Shown here piece after piece: positions 58,532-64,000 of a stretch of 64,000 nt of DNA. Each line of letters begins with the position of its first letter. The first letter of the stretch is position 1. A program made the position numbers and the translations under genes. The DNA comes from Parcubacteria group bacterium GW2011_GWA2_40_23. GTDB taxonomy: Bacteria; Patescibacteriota; Patescibacteriia; UBA11705; JABHMO01. The stretch covers positions 17,197 through 81,196 of the forward strand of contig LBYP01000001.1 in NCBI GenBank assembly GCA_000996245.1, read 5' to 3'. The notes beneath the pieces were generated by a model. The model saw only the letters and a list, made by a program, of their open reading frames with translations, was not told the origin of the DNA and did not search any database.

Positions 58532-59329
58532 ATGGAGATTTCAATTGTTATTCTAAATTATAAAATGAAGGGCCTGGTTAAAAATTGTTTACAGGCTATT
58601 TTTGAATCACAAATTTCTGTTCCGTACGAAATTATTGTGGTTGATAATGACTCGCATGATGGAGTTGAGCAACTGATTAAAGAAAAATTTCCTACAGTTC
58701 GTTTTATTCAAACTGGTCAAAACCTGGGTATGGGTGGGGGAAATAACGTGGGGATCAAGGCTGCTGTTGGTAAATTTATTTTGATCATGAATCCGGATAT
58801 CTTTGTCTATCCTAATTCTATTCAACAAATGTATGATTATATCAAAGCTAGGTCTGATGTTGGCTTGGTGGCACCGCGTTTGTTAAATCCGGATAAAAGT
58901 TTACAGTATTCTTGTTATCGCTGGTACAACTATCTGACCCCATTATATCGCCGTACAGTTTTAGGCAAATTAAAATTTGCACAGAAAGAAGTTGATCGTT
59001 TTTTAATGACTGATTGGGACCATGCGACTACGAGAGAAGTAGATTGGATACAGGGTTCTTGTTGGTTGGTTCCCAAAAAGGTTTTTGACGAAGTCGGTGT
59101 GTTCGATGAAAAGTTTTTTATGTATTTTGAGGACACAGATTTGTGTCGTCGAATTCATAATGCAAAATATAAAATAATGTATTTAGCTCAGAGCGAAGTT
59201 TTGCATCTTCACCGGCGGCAATCTGCTGACAGTCAATTTTGGGGTGTAGTTTTAAATAAATTAACACGGATACATATTGTGAGTTGGCTGAGATATTTGT
59301 GGAAGTGGCGGGAGAAAAATGTTTTATAG
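58532..59329 (+). CDS. Glycosyltransferase family 2
   Basis: ISIVILNYKMKGLVKNCLQAI...VVDNDSHDG. Confidence 0.8.
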   Translation: MEISIVILNYKMKGLVKNCLQAIFESQISVPYEIIVVDNDSHDGVEQLIKEKFPTVRFIQTGQNLGMGGGNNVGIKAAVGKFILIMNPDIFVYPNSIQQMYDYIKARSDVGLVAPRLLNPDKSLQYSCYRWYNYLTPLYRRTVLGKLKFAQKEVDRFLMTDWDHATTREVDWIQGSCWLVPKKVFDEVGVFDEKFFMYFEDTDLCRRIHNAKYKIMYLAQSEVLHLHRRQSADSQFWGVVLNKLTRIHIVSWLRYLWKWREKNVL

Positions 59330-59330
59330 G

Positions 59331-59360
59331 CAGATTCGTTTAGAGGGAATCTGTTTTATT
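59331..59360 (+). terminator. Terminator after the glycosyltransferase operon (CAGATTC-gtttagagg-GAATCTG-TTTTatt)
   Basis: Seen directly. Confidence 0.5.
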
Positions 59361-59446
59361 GATCGTTTTTCTGATACAATTTAGCTAGCTGAGATGTTGT
59401 TTGTTTTGAGTTACGGAAAAGGGTGGTATAAACTTAACTTTATTCA

Positions 59447-60292
59447 ATGCTCAATATGAAGAAATCAAACTCGGTAATATTATTTAACCAAAAGCAAGTT
59501 CGTCGTTTTTACGATGACGGTAAAGAAACTTGGTATTTTTCTATTATTGATGTTATTGAGATTTTGACTGACACTAGTATCCCAAGGAGATATTGGAGTG
59601 ATTTAAAAAATAAGCTGAAAAACGAGGGTAGTGAAGTGTACGAAAAAATCGTACAGTTGAAAATGACTGCTCCTGATGGAAAACAAAGAAAAACAGACTC
59701 TTTTTCTACGGAAGACTTGCTTCGTGTAATCCAATCGATTCCTTCTCCAAAAGCAGAGCCATTTAAATTATGGTTGGCAAAAGTTGGGTACGAACGGATA
59801 GAAGAAACGGAAGATCCTGAACTTGCCATTGATAGGGCAATGAAAACTTATTTGAAAAAAGGTTATTCAAAAGAATGGATAAATCAACGTCTAAAAAGTA
59901 TTGAAGTACGCAAAGAATTAACTGATGAATGGCAAGAGCGCGGAATGAAAGAAGGGCTGGAATATGCGATATTAACTGATGAAATTACCAGAGCGTGGGC
60001 AGATAGAAGCGTGAGAGATTATAAAAAGTTTAAGGGCTTAAAAAAGGGGAATCTGAGAGATAATATGACTAATCTTGAGTTGATATTGAATATGCTCGCT
60101 GAAGCATCAACAGCAGAAATATCAAAGAAGAAAAAGCCCAATGGGTTAGAAAACAATAAACAAGTTGCCAGAAAAGGAGGATTTGCCGCAAAAAAGGCGA
60201 GACTTGAAATAGAAAAGCAAATGGGGGAAAGTATAATAACCGCTAAGCGGGCAAAAAAAATAAAAGTAAAACAAAACTTTTTTTTAGAGTAA
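59447..60292 (+). CDS. Bro-N/KilA-N-like DNA-binding domain protein (phage antirepressor-like)
   Basis: The N-terminal region (VRRFYDDGKETWYFSIIDVIEILTD...RYWSDLK) resembles Bro-N. C-terminal basic helical region. Confidence 0.5.
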   Translation: MLNMKKSNSVILFNQKQVRRFYDDGKETWYFSIIDVIEILTDTSIPRRYWSDLKNKLKNEGSEVYEKIVQLKMTAPDGKQRKTDSFSTEDLLRVIQSIPSPKAEPFKLWLAKVGYERIEETEDPELAIDRAMKTYLKKGYSKEWINQRLKSIEVRKELTDEWQERGMKEGLEYAILTDEITRAWADRSVRDYKKFKGLKKGNLRDNMTNLELILNMLAEASTAEISKKKKPNGLENNKQVARKGGFAAKKARLEIEKQMGESIITAKRAKKIKVKQNFFLE

Positions 60293-60327
60293 CGTTCTGC
60301 TAGAAATTAGATATAGTAAACGTCATT

Positions 60328-62352
60328 ATGCACAGTCACAAACAAAACTTCATCTTTAAACCCCCAAAAAGAAAGTTGCCTGAACATCTTAGTTTTTTAG
60401 GTAATGTTTTGGTTGTCAGTCTGCGTTTATTACCATATTTGTTCATATTATTTATTTGTTTAATTGTTTGCTTGTTGATTATTGTCGCCGCAGGGGTAGT
60501 GCCACATTATGCTTCTTTGAAAAATGTTTATGTGGAAGCACAGCTCGGTCAGCAGCACATGTTAACAGCAGAAGCCCAGGTACGTGAGTATGAATTCGCC
60601 AAAGCTGAGACGGAGTTGCAACTAGCCAAAGAAAGTTTTGTCGAGGCGCAAAAAAGTTTAGCTGTTGTCGATGATTCATTTCTCATGAAGAGTAGCTATT
60701 TACGTAATCAATATGATGTTGCTAGCGATGTTTTGTTTATCGGTGAAGAATTAGCCAATTCAGTCAATGGTTTGTGTGTCATAGGCGCTCGGGCCATGGA
60801 CGCGGTTTCAGATAAGAATATGAGTTTTGAAAAGATTGATGCTACGACTAAGGGCGAACTCTTGGCGGTTCTCATATCTTCAATGAATGAACTCAAAGAC
60901 GTGCGTCGTAATATCGGTATAGTGGGAGAAAAGCTCCGAGAAATTAACACTAAACAACCACTATTCATTTTTGATAAAGTCGTAGATCCATTACAAGCAA
61001 AAATCCCACAAATCGAAAAAGCTTTTGATGCTTCACTGTCATTTTTACGTGCCTTGCCTTGGCTTACAGGTTACCCAGAAGAAAAAACATATTTGTTTAT
61101 ACTCGAGAATAACAGAGAAATGCGTCCGGCCGGTGGTTTTATTGGCACATACGGAATTTTTCAAGTTGCCAATGCTGAAATTAAAAATTTTTATACAGAT
61201 AATAGTTATAATTTAGATGTCAAAGTTAAAGATACTCAAAAGATTCCGGCGCCAAAACCAATGGAAAAGTATATGGCGCAACCAAATTGGTTTTTTCGTG
61301 ATTCTAACTGGTGGCCAGATTGGCCAACTTCAGCCGAAAAGATTGCTTGGTTTTATGATCAAGAGGGCGGCACGGAAAAACTTGATGGGGTAATTGCTAT
61401 TACTCCGACAGTTATTGAACAGTTACTGGGATTCCTCGGTGAATTTGAAATTGGTGGTTTAAAATTCAACCAACAAAATTTTTGGGAACAATTACAATAC
61501 CAAGTTGAGTACGGTTATTATAAACAGGGAATAGATGCAGCAGACCGCAAAGATATTATCGGTGACCTCAGTCGCGAAATGATTAAACGTCTTTATTCGT
61601 ATCCGATTTCGCAGTGGCCAGCTTTGATTGATACTATTTCTAAATCAGTCAAAGAAAAACATATTCTGATTTATTTCTTCGATCCATTAGCTCAGTCAGT
61701 GTCAGTGGAAAATGGTTGGGCTGGGGAAGTGAAGCCAAATCCAGGTGATTATGTGATGCTTGTCGATGCGAATCTAGCAGCTCTCAAAACTGATTCTGTT
61801 ATGGCGCGCACGATGGTTTATAATTTACATGAGAACAAAGATGGAGCAGTGCTCGCTGAAACTCGCGTCAATTATCAAAACATGGGGACCTTTACTTGGA
61901 AAACAACTCGTTATCGATCTTATACTCGTTTATATGTTCCAGAAGGCAGTCAACTGATTTCTGTCGAAGCTGGTGGTAAAGTTTATAAACCAGAGGATGT
62001 TGATACTGTTAATGAATTTGGTAAAACTTCATACGCAGTTTTCTTTGAGGTAGAACCGCAGACATCCAAAGAAGTTGTGTGGAAATATCAATTACCAAAT
62101 TCTATTGTCGAACAAATTAAAAACGGAGAATATCAACTTTTAGTTCAAAAACAACCTGGGATTGAGAAAATGAATTTACAACTTAATCTTAATTTTTCGA
62201 CTGAAGTTCGTGATCTTGGTGTTGAGGAACAATTAAATGCTTTAGATATCAGCAAAAAAGCAAAAAAGCAAGAAAGCAAACAGATTGTGAAACAAGCTAC
62301 TGTCTTGCGACAAGATCAGGAATATTCTGTGTGGTTTAATGCAAAAAAATAA
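60328..62352 (+). CDS. Membrane-anchored extracytoplasmic protein, DUF4012-like
   Basis: 674 aa. N-terminal TM helix, a coiled-coil segment, and ENNREMRPAGGFIGTYG resembling the DUF4012 core (NNAE(I/L)RATGGFIGS). Confidence 0.55.
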   Translation: MHSHKQNFIFKPPKRKLPEHLSFLGNVLVVSLRLLPYLFILFICLIVCLLIIVAAGVVPHYASLKNVYVEAQLGQQHMLTAEAQVREYEFAKAETELQLAKESFVEAQKSLAVVDDSFLMKSSYLRNQYDVASDVLFIGEELANSVNGLCVIGARAMDAVSDKNMSFEKIDATTKGELLAVLISSMNELKDVRRNIGIVGEKLREINTKQPLFIFDKVVDPLQAKIPQIEKAFDASLSFLRALPWLTGYPEEKTYLFILENNREMRPAGGFIGTYGIFQVANAEIKNFYTDNSYNLDVKVKDTQKIPAPKPMEKYMAQPNWFFRDSNWWPDWPTSAEKIAWFYDQEGGTEKLDGVIAITPTVIEQLLGFLGEFEIGGLKFNQQNFWEQLQYQVEYGYYKQGIDAADRKDIIGDLSREMIKRLYSYPISQWPALIDTISKSVKEKHILIYFFDPLAQSVSVENGWAGEVKPNPGDYVMLVDANLAALKTDSVMARTMVYNLHENKDGAVLAETRVNYQNMGTFTWKTTRYRSYTRLYVPEGSQLISVEAGGKVYKPEDVDTVNEFGKTSYAVFFEVEPQTSKEVVWKYQLPNSIVEQIKNGEYQLLVQKQPGIEKMNLQLNLNFSTEVRDLGVEEQLNALDISKKAKKQESKQIVKQATVLRQDQEYSVWFNAKK

Positions 62353-62388
62353 CCCTTTGAAGCTTTAGCGGAGAAGGATACAAAGTTA

Positions 62389-62419
62389 AGAGCCGGAACG
62401 ATGAGATCGTTCCGGCTCT
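62389..62419. terminator. Bidirectional terminator: a perfect 14-bp stem (AGAGCCGGAACGAT-gag-ATCGTTCCGGCTCT)
   Basis: Seen directly between convergent genes. It marks the left edge of GC-rich island-3. Confidence 0.65.
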
Positions 62420-62426
62420 TGTTGTC

Positions 62427-62714
62427 TTAGCTTCGTGATTTGATCTGCTCGGCACGATCCCACGCAGCCTGGATCGTAGCGGAGGTCGGGCCAAGATCCG
62501 GGTTCTCGTACGGATATTGGCGTCCTGGAAAGAGGGTCGGATTTTCTTGGCCACAGGAACAGAACCACCCCGTAGCGTCGCTATTCAAGACATTGGCTGT
62601 TTTGTGGCATTTGCCACAAGTGGCGCCTGTCATGCCTGGATAAGCAGCCCAAGTGGTCATGGCCTCGACCAGCTCGTCTTCGGTGTAGCTGTGGAAACGG
62701 TCCTTCGCCATCAT
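62427..62714 (-). CDS. GC-rich island-3 gene: small Cys-rich zinc-ribbon-like protein
   Basis: 95 aa, with CGKCHK...CSCGQE. Confidence 0.5.
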   Translation of the reverse strand: MMAKDRFHSYTEDELVEAMTTWAAYPGMTGATCGKCHKTANVLNSDATGWFCSCGQENPTLFPGRQYPYENPDLGPTSATIQAAWDRAEQIKSRS

Positions 62715-62722
62715 AGCCTCCT

Positions 62723-63319
62723 TTACACGGTCGCTTGCGCGACCGGTTGCGCAAATTGGTGTCGTTGCTTCTTGAGCGGTTCGCGCAGATAGATGACGAC
62801 GAGCTGGAAGTCGTTATAACTGCGCTTACGCCATTGACGCCATGACCCACAGGAGGCACCGAGGTTCGTTCCCTTGAGGACGAACCAGGGAGCCAAGTGT
62901 CCGTACGGATTGGGGATGATCTCGAGTTCATGGTAGCCGGGTGCGAGAGCGATGGGGTCCTTGCATTTGGGCTGGTTGCTATCATAGACCGTGTGCTGTG
63001 ATCCTCGAACCAGCGCGTAGATGTGCTTGGTCTTGCGGTAGTGGAGGGTCACGCCGCTCTCGGGGTCGGCGGACTTGGCCTGCCAGGCGTCGCTGGCGAT
63101 GCCGGTCATGGTGCCGGTGAGGACGTACCACGGCGAGCCGTGATCGAAGCCGTACGGATTTTCCACTTCTTCGAGCTGGTAGTAGCCAGGCTCGAGAGTG
63201 TAGTCCGCGAAATCAGGATCACGGTCGAGATCGCGGTCTGCCTCGGTCTGAGGAACGTGCTCGAACAGCCGAATTGGCTTGCGCACCAGGGCGAAGATGA
63301 ACTGTTTTCTTTCGATCAT
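62723..63319 (-). CDS. GC-rich island-3 gene: protein built from two copies of an unrecognised ~90-aa domain
   Basis: Repeat 1 is FIFALVRK...PGYYQLEEVENPYGFDHGSPWYVLTGTMTGIASDAW. Repeat 2 is HIYALVRG...PGYHELEIIPNPYGHLAPWFVLKGTNLGASCGSW. Confidence 0.55.
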   Translation of the reverse strand: MIERKQFIFALVRKPIRLFEHVPQTEADRDLDRDPDFADYTLEPGYYQLEEVENPYGFDHGSPWYVLTGTMTGIASDAWQAKSADPESGVTLHYRKTKHIYALVRGSQHTVYDSNQPKCKDPIALAPGYHELEIIPNPYGHLAPWFVLKGTNLGASCGSWRQWRKRSYNDFQLVVIYLREPLKKQRHQFAQPVAQATV

Positions 63320-63331
63320 CGCCGTTACTCC

Positions 63332-63622
63332 TTACGCTGTTACGATGAGGGTGGGCGGCGGGGTCAACTTGATGTTGAGCGGCGTGTCCTGGATGATTAC
63401 CGTCGGCCAGTAGTTCTTGCAGGCGCCGATCTTGCTGCCCTTGATCACGTACCAGGGAATTTCGTGTCCCAGCGGGTTCTTGATCTCTTCCAGTTCGTAG
63501 TCGCCGGCCGCGAGCTCCAACTTGGCGTGGTAGTATTCCGGCTTTCCAGCGAGGTTACCTTGGAAGACTGTGAATCCGGGGAGCTTGAGGTGGACGTAGA
63601 TGAACTTTTCTTGCGTAGCCAT
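63332..63622 (-). CDS. GC-rich island-3 gene: single-domain paralog of the same ~90-aa domain
   Basis: FIYVHLKL...AGDYELEEIKNPLGHEIPWYVIKGSKIGACKNYW. SD AAGGG lies upstream. Confidence 0.55.
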   Translation of the reverse strand: MATQEKFIYVHLKLPGFTVFQGNLAGKPEYYHAKLELAAGDYELEEIKNPLGHEIPWYVIKGSKIGACKNYWPTVIIQDTPLNIKLTPPPTLIVTA

Positions 63623-63661
63623 CTCGTGGCCCTTTCAGGTTGTTACTCAAAGCAACTTGGA

Positions 63662-63690
63662 ATATTATCAGAAAGTGCAAAATTTGTCAA
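63662..63690 (-). promoter_or_regulatory. Near-consensus promoter for the island-3 operon (TTGACA-17-TAATAT)
   Basis: Seen directly on the minus strand: -35 at 63685-63690, -10 at 63662-63667. It shares the intergenic region with the divergent dnaE. Confidence 0.5.
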
Positions 63691-63781
63691 TATTAGTAAT
63701 AAAATTAGTGAAAAACACGAAATTCCACCCTGGCAATTTTATCTATCTATGATAAAATAATGACACATTAAAGAAATATTT

Positions 63782-64000
63782 ATGGCTTTTGTCCCACTCC
63801 ACGTACATACTCATTACAGCTTGCTAGATGGTCTAGCCAAGGTTGATGATATAGTCCAAAAAGCCAAAACTGACGGCATGACCGCGGTGGCTATTACTGA
63901 CCATGGGGTTATGTATGGCGTGATTGAGTTTTACAAAAAATGTCGCGCGGCTGGTATCAAACCAATTATTGGAGTGGAAGCTTATATCGTCAATGATAGA
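63782..64000 (+). CDS. dnaE: DNA polymerase III alpha subunit, N-terminal PHP domain (partial; continues beyond the window)
   Basis: MAFVPLHVHTHYSLLDGLAKVDDIVQKAKTDGMTAVAITDHGVMYG... Confidence 0.8.
   Translation, partial: MAFVPLHVHTHYSLLDGLAKVDDIVQKAKTDGMTAVAITDHGVMYGVIEFYKKCRAAGIKPIIGVEAYIVNDR

Noticed and set aside
38879-63700. Prophage or integrative element explanation for the GC-rich islands
   Set aside because: No integrase, recombinase, transposase, att-like direct repeats or structural phage genes are visible. The islands are single-operon cassettes only.
62517-63760. Several overlapping ORFs in island 3 (62517-62792 +, 62581-62985 -, 63023-63760 +)
   Set aside because: They are alternative-frame or antisense artefacts of GC-rich sequence. 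The three reported minus-strand genes share a repeated domain and have expression signals.

Overview
The window is AT-rich with compact, mostly co-directional genes. It looks like a Candidate Phyla Radiation (Patescibacteria-type) bacterial chromosome segment. Consistent with that, the ribosomal cluster lacks L30 (rpsE runs directly into rplO), and L23, L22, S19 and L24 carry unusual extensions. Contents from left to right: a csoR-like metal-sensor operon with an operator palindrome, and a MarR plus MacAB-like tripartite ABC exporter operon. Next is a Type I restriction-modification island in the order hsdM, dinD-like, hypothetical, hsdS (single TRD), fic, hsdR, SWIM protein. Then come rpmB and an M50 protease, followed by the str and S10/spc ribosomal cluster (rpsL, rpsG, fusA, an extra ORF, tuf, rpsJ through secY, adk, map, ruvX, recO). 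After that are valS, tyrS, argS, bactofilin, ferredoxin, pyk, a GT2 glycosyltransferase cluster, a Bro-N-like protein and a DUF4012-like membrane protein, ending with the start of dnaE. There are three tRNAs (Val-GAC, Ile-UAU, Leu-GAG), each followed by the same palindromic 3' trailer element. The most striking signals are listed here. (1) Three short, visibly GC-rich islands (about 38.88-40.12 kb, 50.50-52.12 kb, 62.39-63.70 kb) sit in an otherwise AT-rich genome. Each is a self-contained cassette with a near-consensus TTGAC(A/G)-17-TAnAnT promoter, a Shine-Dalgarno (SD) site, GC-rich CDS(s) and a terminator. They encode a MYG1/UPF0160-like hydrolase, two degenerate Nudix-fold paralogs, and a Zn-ribbon protein plus proteins built from a thrice-repeated ~90-aa domain. 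(2) valS carries an in-frame ~210-aa histidine-phosphatase (PGAM-like, RHGE...H) domain between the HRIP and DTWF motifs of the catalytic core. (3) A family of AATCATAGTAA-cored tandem repeats occurs at three intergenic loci. (4) Repeat-dense operator-like regions lie next to the islands. No transposase, integrase or CRISPR array is visible.
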